Source: Octopus bimaculoides (lineage: Eukaryota). From it: a stretch of DNA of 53,219 bases. The notes beneath the pieces were generated by a model, which made no database searches, was not told where the DNA came from, and saw only the letters and a list, made by a program, of their open reading frames with translations. Below, one piece after another: positions 24,884-37,188 of the stretch. Position 1 is the first letter of the stretch; every line of letters starts with the position of its first letter. Where the stretch lies: contig NC_068993.1 in assembly GCF_001194135.2 (NCBI RefSeq), forward strand, positions 5,468,902 through 5,522,120, in the 5' to 3' direction. The translations under genes and the position numbers were made by a program.

Positions 24884-25013
24884 CGAGTGGCTGTATGGTA
24901 AGTAGCTTGCTTACCAACCACATGGTTCCGGGTTCAGTCCCACTGCGTAGCACTTTGGGTGAGTGTCTTCTACTATAGCCTCGAGCCGACCAAAGCCTTG
25001 AGTGGATTTGGTA
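24884..25013 (+). mobile_element. SINE family 2, 5' part
   Basis: gagtggctgtatggtaagtagc (A box), ggttcagtccc (B box), central box cactttgggtgagtgtctt. Confidence 0.75.
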
Positions 25014-25093
25014 ATCATTTGTATTTATTATATCATCGAACGCACGCGTCCATTTGCAAGTAAATTTCAACTTTATATTTCTGACGCGACTCT

Positions 25094-25127
<34 letters not shown>

Positions 25128-26186
25128 CCTATCTATCTTCTTACCTATCTTCCTCTCCCGCCCTGCTTCGTTCTGCTGTCCGTGCTTCTACCCTTTACTG
25201 CTATACGTATCTCTCTCTTCCTCTTCCCCTGTCTCTTGTCCTATTTCCTCCCTCTACCAATCCTCTCTGCTCACATGTGACTTCTGGTCACTTCTCTCTT
25301 TCTCACTCCAGCCAGCTTAAAGGCGAGACGTAGCTACTATCTCTCCGTCCAGCTTCGTCATTTCACTAGCGTTTAATATCCCACGCGTTTGGCCGTACGG
25401 CTTTTTAATGTTGTTTTCACTGTCCAATTTTTCCTGTCTTGGTTTGTTTTTGCCACCTTGGATTCCTCTGTTTAGTGGGTTAATCCACTACTCAGGAAGA
25501 AACTATTCTAAGAGTTCGCCCTGCCTTATCTTCGAAACGCCTGGTTTTAGAATAGAGGCAACTGATGAAGTATTAATTCCAAGTGGCTTGTTTGTTTTCC
25601 TGTGTTCGTTCTGTTGTCTGTAAACAAAGTCCGTTTTGTTTTTATGTTCCCGTTCATTTCTCTAACGTCCTGTACCCGAATATGCATCTATATATACATG
25701 TAGATGTAGGTATGTACATATATGNNNNNNNNNNNNNNNNNNNNNNNNNNNNNNNNNNNNNNNNNNNNNNNNNNNNNNNNNNNNNNNNNNNNNNNNNNNN
25801 NNNNNNNNNNNNNNNNNNNNNNNNNNNNNNNNNNNNNNNNNNNNNNNNNNNNNNNNNNNNNNNNNNNNNNNNNNNNNNNNNNNNNNNNNNNNNNNNNNNN
25901 NNNNNNNNNNNNNNNNNNNNNNNNNNNNNNNNNNNNNNNNNNNNNNNNNNNNNNNNNNNNNNNNNNNNNNNNNNNNNNNNNNNNNNNNNNNNNNNNNNNN
26001 NNNNNNNNNNNNNNNNNNNNNNNNNNNNNNNNNNNNNNNNNNNNNNNNNNNNNNNNNNNNNNNNNNNNNNNNNNNNNNNNNNNNNNNNNNNNNNNNNNNN
26101 NNNNNNNNNNNNNNNNNNNNNNNNNNNNNNNNNNNNNNNNNNNNNNNNNNNNNNNNNNNNNNNNNNNNNNNNNNNNNNNNNNNNNN

Positions 26187-26263
<77 letters not shown>

Positions 26264-26591
26264 CTGTATGTGTTTATATATGTGTTTATATATATGTGCT
26301 TGTGGATTTGGCGCATTAACAATATAGCATAATGCAGTTTCACCAGCTAACATTTTTTTTTATACCCGTTTTAATCCTTTTTTTTTTTAATCCATTTTTT
26401 TAATCCCCCCTTTTTAGGCGCTGAACATCCAAAACGGCTGATATCACTATTAACAGATTAAATTTAATAAGCATTTGGGTCTGTTATATGTGTAATGTTA
26501 CCAATAACTAACAAAGATTAATACATCCTATAAATATAAAGACTCGTCTTCAACATCTCTCAGACAATAACGTTGCTTCCGCTTGTATGTG

Positions 26592-26815
26592 CGAGTGTGC
26601 TGAAAAGTTTCTGGCTTTACGGGTCTCGTGAAAGGCCTGGTTGGAGTCCCAACCTTCCTAATTCTTTTACAGAGATTAGAAAAGCCGAAGAGCCGCTGCA
26701 AAACGCGTGTGAATCTGAGAGGGAAATATGTTGAAATATGTTGAATAAAACCATAATCAACTGATCCACCTGTATTTTCTTTTGCCCAAAGCCAGGAAAT
26801 TTTCAGCGCCCTCTC
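26592..26815. mobile_element. Mariner-derived MITE with ~28-bp terminal inverted repeats
   Basis: cgagtgtgctgaaaagtttctggcttt (26592-26618) versus aaagccaggaaattttcagcgccctctcg (26787-26815); internal NLRGKYVE is a mariner C-terminal remnant. Confidence 0.7.
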
Positions 26816-27997
26816 GGATATGCGTTTGTGCGTGAGTGTGTATGTGTGTGTTTCTGTTTGTCTACGTTTTTATATGTGTTGAAACAAAATTTAGATGTAT
26901 ATAAATAAAGGTGGATTTGATACAATTTTTCTCAATGATATCATTCATGTTAAGTAATATTTTTCCTCATTCAAATTAAAACAGAGTTCCATACTAACAA
27001 AGAAATATTTACTTACCTGTTCAGTTCCTGACTGAAAACCAACTATCTGAACGTTCTCTATTCATCTATCAGACTGTAATTCGTTTCCCTGCTTCTACCT
27101 GTCTTCTAGATTTAATATGATTATTAAATATAAGCTTGCTGCCTCGGTGTCAGTGGTTTCAGATTTCGAATGAATTCTGCAATATATGTGCATGCGTCTG
27201 TGTGAGTCTGTCATATTTATGTTTGTGTATCTGTCAGCTTTATATGTATGCCTGTCCGTGATTATATGCATGTATATATTTATGTGAATGTCTGTATCGG
27301 CGTGTGTTTTTGTCTTTTCGAGAATTTATGACATCACATGATGTTTCATGGTGATGAGTAAAGCTATAAATACCCATTTAAGATCTTTACTGTGAGATGA
27401 CTATCACTTCATTAGCTTTATTATAGCAAATACTAACAAACCCATGGAATAATAAGGGCACCACGTCACACAAAACAAGAAATGAAGCCAAATTGATCAA
27501 TCTTATTGAACATATTCAATAATGAATTCCTGCATTACTACGGCACTCCATCAGTTATGACGACGAGGGTTCCAGTTGATCCAATCAGCCTCAAATCTCT
27601 GTTATAAACGAAAGACACATTGGCTACTGAAATTAATGTTTTACTTCACGAAAGTATCGAGGTTTATGTGTCATTATCAAGTGAATGTTAAGTAGTGCAG
27701 CAACTGTTGAGATACGAACTTTCAAATGTTAGTGTAACCTATTGAATTATATATAGCGGGTTCAGCAATTTATATATGTCAGATTGTAGAACAGTGAATG
27801 CATATACTTGAAATGAGCCGACAACTGATGAAGGGTCGTTTCTCTGTGTTTACTTGTTCTGTTTTCCATTTTATTTATTTATATATGCATATATATTATA
27901 TTACATGTAGAAGGTTGAAAAGGAACACACGAGTTGATATGTGTGGAAAAAAAAGTCAAGGTAGAAAATGGTAAAATAATTTTATAAAACAACATTT

Positions 27998-28033
27998 CAG
28001 TACCGGTTTCAGTCATTGAGACTTTTTCAACTG
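27998..28033 (-). ncRNA. Minimal type I hammerhead-ribozyme-like motif, U3:A8 core
   Basis: Minus strand: CAG UUGAAAA AGUC UCAAU GACU GAAA CCGG UA CUG. Stem I 3 bp, stem II 4 bp, palindromic CCGG loop on stem III, UA cleavage site. Confidence 0.6.
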
Positions 28034-28947
28034 TAAGTATGGAAAACAATTAAATTTTGGAGAAATTAAAAGAAAAGTTTTTTTAAAAGAATATTTGCAT
28101 AGTGTTCAAATACAAGGGGCATTTTCCTTGTCACTGCTTGTTTCTGTCTCTCTTGTTCGAGTGAACAAGAGAGACAGAAACAAGGAAAATGCCACTTGTA
28201 TTATATTATATTATATTATATTATATTATATTATATATTACGATCTCGTTTAGCCATAGTGATAGTAACAATCATCGTTAGCATTCAATATACTATATGC
28301 TTTATAGTAATCCATTTGGTCAGTCAGTACAGAGTGTAGTACCAATGAATAAATGAATGGAAAAAAACAGGAACAAGCAAGAGTTACATAGTACGGTATA
28401 TTTAAAACTTCACATTCTAGAATTTCAACATGTGTTCTTAAACTCCCAGAAAAGAAAATATTTTATAAATGTAGAGCAGACAGGTTTCATGGTGTGTCGA
28501 TGTGATAATACGAGAGAAAATGAAAAATGAATTAAAAGTTGAACTAAAAGAAAAGATATTGCTTTTGTTTTTTTTTATATATGGCACCATCGTGGTATGA
28601 ATTATATAAACACATTAATGTTTAGGTACCAGATACGCTAAATGATAGACGAATACCATTATAATATGTAGTTTCGAAGCTCACTTTTCAGATATATTGC
28701 CATCAAGTAAAATGTAGTTGATTCCCTTATTGCGTTATATTGTATCACGTGAGCAAAAGTCAGTATGTGGAACGTTCAAACGCGAGTTTCAAATTAAAAA
28801 TGAATCAATCGAGTTTGTCTTCAAAATTTTTAATCGTAGAATATCAAGGGCAGACGAATTTTGAAACTGAAATTCTCCGATACATTTTGTCGTCGGATGC
28901 ATTCTACGTTTATTTGCATCGTGAAAGTTTCTTGTTTTACCACAATA

Positions 28948-29161
28948 TCAGCTCCTCCAGTTTTCCAAATCTTCAAATGTTTGCGGTAAATCTCTATTTT
29001 TCGTTTCTGGTAATAACAGCAACAGTAATCCCGCTATCACTGACAAAAGGCCGAAGATACTTAGAGGAAGCCATTTGACATAGGATGATAGTTGAAGTAT
29101 AAAGGGTCCGCTTATACCACCGATACGGGCAGAAAAGGAAGCTAAACCTAATCCGTTAGCT
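28948..29161 (-). CDS. SLC22 copy B terminal exon 9
   Basis: 214 nt; ANGLGLASFSARIGGISGPF...[24 protein letters not shown]. Confidence 0.95.
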
Positions 29162-32100
29162 CTGGAAAAAAAGAATGATTAACATTATTATAGAGATATT
29201 TTTAGTAGGACTTGATTATCTTTCATATATTTTAATAATTCAGACAGAATTTTCCACATATGTAGTGTATTTATATNNNNNNNNNNNNNNNNNNNNNNNN
29301 NNNNNNNNNNNNNNNNNNNNNNNNNNNNNNNNNNNNNNNNNNNNNNNNNNNNNNNNNNNNNNNNNNNNNNNNNNNNNNNNNNNNNNNNNNNNNNNNNNNN
29401 NNNNNNNNNNNNNNNNNNNNNNNNNNNNNNNNNNNNNNNNNNNNNNNNNNNNNNNNNNNNNNNNNNNNNNNNNNNNNNNNNNNNNNNNNNNNNNNNNNNN
29501 NNNNNNNNNNNNNNNNNNNNNNNNNNNNNNNNNNNNNNNNNNNNNNNNNNNNNNNNNNNNNNNNNNNNNNNNNNNNNGAGAGATGATGAAAAGTTAAATT
29601 CCTGGTAAAACAGGTAAAACACAGCAACATAGTCAGTTTCTGAAAAGAGTGAGATGACAAAACATACCGTTATATTTCAGTGTCATGAGAGGTTAAGAGA
29701 TACAGGAGGTTTTTAAAGACACACAACAACATTTACCGAACAACTGTTGGAAATAATTCTGCTGATAAGAGATAAATCGAACCATATGCCGAGGCGATTC
29801 CAAACTTTCCGAGAAGGACCAGGATCAGAGGAAGCCAGAATGAACCTTAAATACAATAAAATAGAAGTTTAGATAATGCAACATACAAGGTGCATTCCAG
29901 AGGTTTTGAGACTTTTTTAGGAGAGACACTTATTAATCTCAAATTACGAACCGCTAATCTCCATCAAAGTAAGACCCTCTGACTTCAATGTATCTCTTGT
30001 ATTGCTTCTGCCACTTTCTGAAGACCCCCATGGAAGACGTCCAAATGGATGGAAGGTATCCACGACCCTTGCATCAACCTTCAATTCAATGTTTTCAAAA
30101 CGGCTATCCCTGAGGCTCTCCCTCAGTTTGAGCAACTACCAAAAGTCACAGGAAGCAATATCTGTGCTGTAGGCTGCGTGAGTCACAAATTTGATGCCCA
30201 TCTTTGTCAATTAGTTGGTTAACAGACTGAAGTTATGACAAGCAGTGCTTAGCAGGACGGTTTCAAAGTACTCTTACGGCCGTCTCCTTTAATTTCGAAT
30301 AAAATTTGGCAGGTTAGTTTATTAGATGTATAATAATAATGATGTACTAAAATTACAGTAATTTAGGACAGTTATAACTGCCTCTCCTGAAAATGTCTCA
30401 GACCTTCTGGATGCACATCGTATCTCTATCATTTATAACATTCACCATTTGCTACGCATTCTGGAATCCGTGGTTCCACATTTGAGTCAGATTATCTATT
30501 ATAAATATGTGTCTTCTGGCACCTAATCAAAATTTGTAAAACAAATATAATTGTTGGCTATAAAGATCGAACGGTTTCAAATGTTCATACCTTATATAAT
30601 AAAAAATCGATTAAGTATTAGTTTAATTAAAGTCGAATATTTTGAGAATCTTTTGCATCATTACCGGAAAGAAATATTCATCATTAAATTCAAGATTTTT
30701 AGGTAAAAAAAATGATGGATCGTGATTTTACAAAGTTATCATTTTGGTCGTCCCGTTATCCGAAATTTGACGTTTAAATTATTCAGAATATAAATAGTGT
30801 CATTAAATCGAATTTATAAAAATTGCTTAATAAAAATAATAAAGATAGAACAGTTGACCAATGAATTGACAGAAGATAAAACATCACTGTGTTACTGATT
30901 GTATGTTGATGATTGCGCAGGAAATGTATGAAATCACGTGGCATATTTTAATCTAGTAACATTATGGTGAATACATTCTATCATTCGATACGAAACTTTC
31001 TCTGCAATATTCTTTACGATTTAATAAACTTGTATCTAAAAGCACAGTTTAATGTTTAATATTTAATGTTTAATTTATAAATGTTAAACTTGAGGAGGCT
31101 ATACAAGGCGTTATTTTAATCATCGCTACTTAGTATGCTTTAAATATATTAATACGGGCTTAACAAAGCCCCACCACACAACACCAAATGCAGTTTTCAC
31201 TGTTTACATATAGGAACGTAAGTTTTGACTGAGTTATAAACGACTGAAGAGGTGTCTATCACCGAGGAAACACACTTACATAGAAACACGTAACTGGAAG
31301 TCCGATAATGTCATTAAGAGCGTTGTTACACGAACAAAGTCTATCAGGAGAAACCTTTCTACAAGACAATAAGGCAGAAAATGTTTTTCCGTGTTCAAGT
31401 GTACCCAAGTATGTTAAATATAAATGTACACAGCTTCTTTTGATAAAGAAGACACTATTTTCAAATGTATATAAAATATAAAATGTATAAAAAAATAGAA
31501 AAATGTGCGATGTAGATTACCTTTGGTCACAAAATTTGACACGATGCAATTTAATCCACTGAACATCATAAAGAAGCTGATAGGCCTCCGGTGGTCAAAA
31601 CGTTTAAACAAGCAGTAAGAAGATAAATGAGAAGGAAATTCCACGAATGCCAACAACAGGAAGTTTATATAGCGGTTTCCAGCCATGTCCACGGAATTAA
31701 GGGTCACTCCATAATATATCATACTGATGACCAACCTGTAAAAGAATATCTTACAAATCAGATGACCAAATTTATGTTATTTACGCCTGTATTGCAACTT
31801 TTACATTTGCATTAAAATATCAGAAAATATTTCAAACATATTTCTGTGTGAAACGCATACACACATACAGTGTTATTTATATACCTACACTATGTATCTA
31901 TAACGATTCGACATACTGTAAACTAAGGCTGTATCAGAGATGTCCAACTTATCATAGTCTTCACTCAACAATAGCACAAAGTTTTATATCTCCATCTACC
32001 TGATAATCAGCAGGTGTATTTAAAAAATCATTGACACCTTTAATGAGATTTGCAGCTATTCTCCTCATCGTATTGCTTATCGTTATCCATACTGCAGAGT

Positions 32101-33140
32101 ATCAGTGATAATAACAGTTATTTCCCAGTGCAAGACGCTCTTTTCTTGTACATAATTATTTCGGATTGCGATAAGCATCGACTAACCCCTTGATTCCTTA
32201 GAATGTACAGTTAACAATATAATCACAATGGCCAACGCCTCTGTTATCCTGTTATCTTATTCCAAAACATTTATAACCTCCCGCTCCCTAACACTGTTTG
32301 TTCTAAACATTTATAGTAATATTATTCCGCAATGTCGAGGTGCAATGGCCCAGTGGTTAGGGCAGCGGACTCGCGGTCATAGGATCGCGGTTTCGATTCA
32401 CAGACCGGGTGTTGTGAGTGTTTATTGAGCGAAAACACTTAAAGCTCCACGAGGCTCCGGCAGGAGATGGTGGCGAACCCTGCTGTACTCTTTTCACCAC
32501 AACTTTCTCTCACTCTTACTTCCTGTTTCTGTTGTGCCTGTAATTCAAAGGGTCAGCCTTGTCACACTGCGTCACGCTGAATATCCCCGAGAACTACGTT
32601 AAGGGTACACGTGTCTGTGGAGTGCTCAGACACTTGTACGTTAATTTCACGAGCAGGTTGTTCCGTTGATCGGATCAACTGGAACCCTCGTCGTCGTAAG
32701 CGACGGAGTGCCAACAAACAATTACCCAAGCATTCAGAGAGACAAGTGAAATATCAACAGATCTTTACCAGCTAAAAGAAACATTCACTGTGGTTAATGC
32801 AAGCCGCGGTGTTTTAAATAAATCAATAAAAGTATAATTCTTTTGAGATAAAACTTTCTTCTCGGGTATAATTTCTTGAAAACTGTTCTTGAATGAAGAT
32901 TCCTCCTCCTTATTTGGAAAACCTTTTAATAAATCCTGACATTGTTTTTTATTTTTCTTCATTATTTTTCGAAAAACTGCTTTCGCTTCTGTAAAACGTT
33001 TTCTTCCAATCAGCCATCTTGGAGATTCGGGGAGAAATCTGAAAAAGATCGATAAAAAAAGACGAGCTCAAAAAATTATTGCTTGTAAGAAATTAGGCAT
33101 CAAGACCATAGCATTGGACATAATAACCATGTATAAAAAC

Positions 33141-33171
<31 letters not shown>

Positions 33172-33385
33172 ATACATATTTACTTATATATTATACATAT
33201 TTATGTATGTTCTCTTTCTAGTTTAGAGTTAATTTTGACTGGCCATCTACTTCACAGCAAGTTTGTAAAGGGAACCATCTTGTTTTGTTTATCACCCTTT
33301 GAATTTTAAGAAAGTTTTACAGATTTTTATAGTCCTAGATATCATGATCATTTGTAGTGTATGAATTAAGGATTCGTGTTGTATG

Positions 33386-33416
<31 letters not shown>

Positions 33417-36400
33417 TTTTCGTGTCCGTTTCGACGATGAGAATTCAATTGTTAGGTCAACGGAAATATCTACTCTCTTGCAAAATTCAGGTGTAATCTA
33501 AATGAAAGATAGAATTAGCATAAGGTGAGGAACAAAGCTAATGTTTAGAATTTTAGAGGCAGTCCGTTGAGTGGGCTTCCACACAGTTTTCATGTGTCAC
33601 ACTGCAATCACAAATCTTTGGTCAAGGTGAAGTTCTGGTAAAATCATCGGAAGATATCATACAGTGGGATTAAACATTGGCCCTTATGCTTGCGATCTGG
33701 ACAAAAACTACTCAAAGCATTATGTAGAATATATTGTCATATTTATTCGAGTGATGCCTTCCACCGCTGATTCAGATTCGACGAACGGTCAATATATTAG
33801 AGAAGTATTCTTGACTCTAATGAAAAACATGCATTAATTCAAGATGGTACCAAGACAGCTATTTTATTGGTTAATAGACACTGTGTGAGTCACACATAAC
33901 GGCATGTAATCTACAGCTGAAAAGAGTATATGTTCCTTACAAGGAGATCACTTTTTCATTTAAAGGCAAAATCCAATATTTAACTTAACATTTTATTTGG
34001 TTTTCTGTGTCAGGTTTCTTGGCACACTCTGCCTTCATAAAGTACACATGATATATTTTTTATGAAAAAAGTGACTACCATACTTGACTCTGTCAGCAGG
34101 AGTCAAAATCTATTTTAAACTTTTGCTTTCTTTCACGTGTCAAATTTCTTCTTCTTCCGGCTATAAACTCTATGTTTACATTTTCTTCAATTCAAATTTT
34201 ACTGATACAGGAATATGTTTTAATGTATGAATTTTTATTCCTTTTTCTGTAGTTACAATGAAACGCTTTCTCCTCTCCTATTCAAGATTGGGTCGTTTTG
34301 AAAAAGAATTGTCTAGATACATATGAAAATACATTACTATGTATCTTTTTAGATAAAAAAAAAAAAAAAGCCTGCCAAAAGAAATAGTTACAGAGCAATG
34401 TACAATCGGTAGCCCGAAAAATAACGACGTGCATCGAGTTAACCGGGAATATATTTAATATTATATAAAAACAACACACTCATTCGTTTAAATGTGGTAG
34501 TTAGTGTTATTCCAGGTCTATTTCGAAATACATTTAGTTAGAAACAGAAAGAGGAGGAACAAACAATTCCACGATGATTAAAATAGTGTTGCAAATGTCA
34601 ATACATACAACGGCCGATCTAAACAAGAAAAGCGTGATGCATTTGTTATCGCCCAATGTTGATGAAAAATATTGCAATGTTAGAAATTTACTCTAATAAT
34701 TGAAATTTGAAGCTTTTGTACACCAGTATATGTAATATATAGTAAGAGCCGTAGAATCGAAAGTGCAAGAGAATAAATTTAACGAATATAATAATCACTC
34801 GCCATATCGCGGTTCAGCTATCGCACACTCAGTACATCGCGAATTTGTTTGGCTAATATACGTAAATTTATATCGCGGACTCCTCAGTATATCGCGGGTT
34901 TTTGCGGCCAGTAGTTATTATATTTTTTTTAGAACTTCATTATTTCTGTGGTAAAATAAACATTTTCACGCCTAAAAATTAATAAATAAATAAATAGAAA
35001 TAGAATACTGTAATGCAGTGTATAACACATTAAGTAAAATATATGGAAAGAAAATTCGTAGTGTACCGTAGATGAGTAAACAAAGACTGAAACAAGTAAA
35101 AGAATGAAAGTAAAATATAAATGTTGCTTTCTTTAGAAACAAAATGAATACAAATTTCAGAGCATTTCCTTTCTCCTTTTATTCTGAATTTCTTACCAGA
35201 AAATTAATGAAAATATTCTTGATTAGAATCTAAATGGCTCAACTGAAATATACTCACATCCAAATGAAAAAACTGATTGTAGGCAGAATACACACTGTCA
35301 ATTCTAAGAGATGCCAGTCAGGGATACAATACACCAGCACTGTTACAAATGTTGCTGCTACTGGATAGAGACACATATATCCAAAACTAATACGGGTACG
35401 TAGTTTTGAGGAAGTAAATTCCAAAGCTGAAAAAGGATCACAAATTGAATATAATTAGTATCTTTAAATAATTAATCTTGTGTCTTATACTTGTTTCAGT
35501 CATTAGACTGCGTCCATGCTGGGGCAATTCCTTAAAGAATGGTCACCAACACGTATGCTTTTTTTTTTCAGGAAGGAAGCATATATATAGGCGTGTTTGT
35601 GTGGGTGCTTATGAATGTGGAATGTGGTATGGATATATGTATATGTGGAAATAAGTATTATCTAAATTTTGTACGATTCTTTCACTCTGTCTTTTAGTCC
35701 CCCTCTGTTTGAAGCTGTGTGATGGTGCTGAGTCGTGTTGAGGCTCCAAGGTGAGCCTTGAAATTGCTCATTCACCCATGGAGCAGTTCAACTTCCAGAA
35801 TGTCGCTAATGTATCGCTGGGTGTTCATTTGAACACCCGAGGGTACAAAAACAAGGGGAGACTTTCCAGTGGCTGTCCCAGCCGACCAAACTATAACTGA
35901 AATTGGACTTTGACGTCGATTTATGTGTCTACTGTCGATGGGGCTTGATACATTCCAAAGTCGGAATGTTCTGGTGGTTTACTGTCTGTTCAAGGTCAAA
36001 TTTCTTTTTATCGGTGACCACCAAGTTGGGACAGCGTGCTTTCAGTAATCTGACGCAAGATAAGACGACTTTTTTCCAGTCTCATTGCGTTATAAACTTG
36101 CGGGAGCTCATGACGGTGGATCTTCTTGTAGAGGTGGGCCCTGAGATCCTTCTTCAGTTCTCGATACATCGATGTTCACCTTATTTTTGCTGTGGCAGTC
36201 AGTTTTCTGACGAGGATTTCGCCGTATCTTTTCTCTGGTACTTTTCATGAGCTGAGGGATCCGCGAATTCCTTTTCGGCCACGTCCAGGTCGATCAGCGG
36301 TAGAACAAGTCTCTTGAAATTTCTTCAAAATTTTCCAGACTGTTGTTTCGTTAATTTTAAGCATTTTTGTTATAGTTGAATTACTTTCGCCTTTTTTGTG

Positions 36401-36593
36401 GAGGGATATGATTGTATTTTGGTCGATAGCCATTCTCTAATTTATTAATCTGAATTCATTTAGTCTGAAACAAAAAGAATACACACTAAGTTTTTATAAT
36501 GAAGAATAATTTTGATATCTAATCACAGCATGGCCCACGGTCTAATGACTGAAACAAGTAAAAGATAAAAAGATATGTATATATATATATATA

Positions 36594-36674
<81 letters not shown>

Positions 36675-37092
36675 ATGTATACATATATATATAGAGAGAG
36701 AGTTACGAAATGAAGTAGGTAAGATCCGGGCTACATTTTTCTTAGCTGGCGGAACCTCGGAAGTGGTAAAACTCCAAGCGAGGTTTATACCGCCAGCTAC
36801 TTTTCAGGCGAAGGATATCTTGATTAAATTAAACATTACACACACACACAAACACACTTGTATTATGAGAATAACTTACTCAGTGAATATAAGGTAATTG
36901 TATTTCCCGTGTAACCACTAGCTTGAATACAGTGCAGCGTCATAAGAATTATCAACGATGGTACGAAAATTTTTCCAATTCCACAGATGACTATAAAGGT
37001 GTTTGCCAAGAAAAATATGGGTATTCGGCCAAATCTATGAAAGACGGAAATAAAATTTAAAATTTTTAATTATCTATATGAACACGGAATAC

Positions 37093-37188
<96 letters not shown>

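Noticed and set aside
28740-29078. 112-aa plus-strand ORF
   Set aside because: Antisense shadow of the copy B terminal exon.
30906-30930. TTGATGA..TTGCGCAG..GAAA hammerhead-like string
   Set aside because: No valid UH cleavage site or stem I.
32338-32412. tRNA-like sequence, and similar heads elsewhere
   Set aside because: These are SINE heads continuing into SINE bodies; no complete cloverleaf, so not called as tRNA genes.
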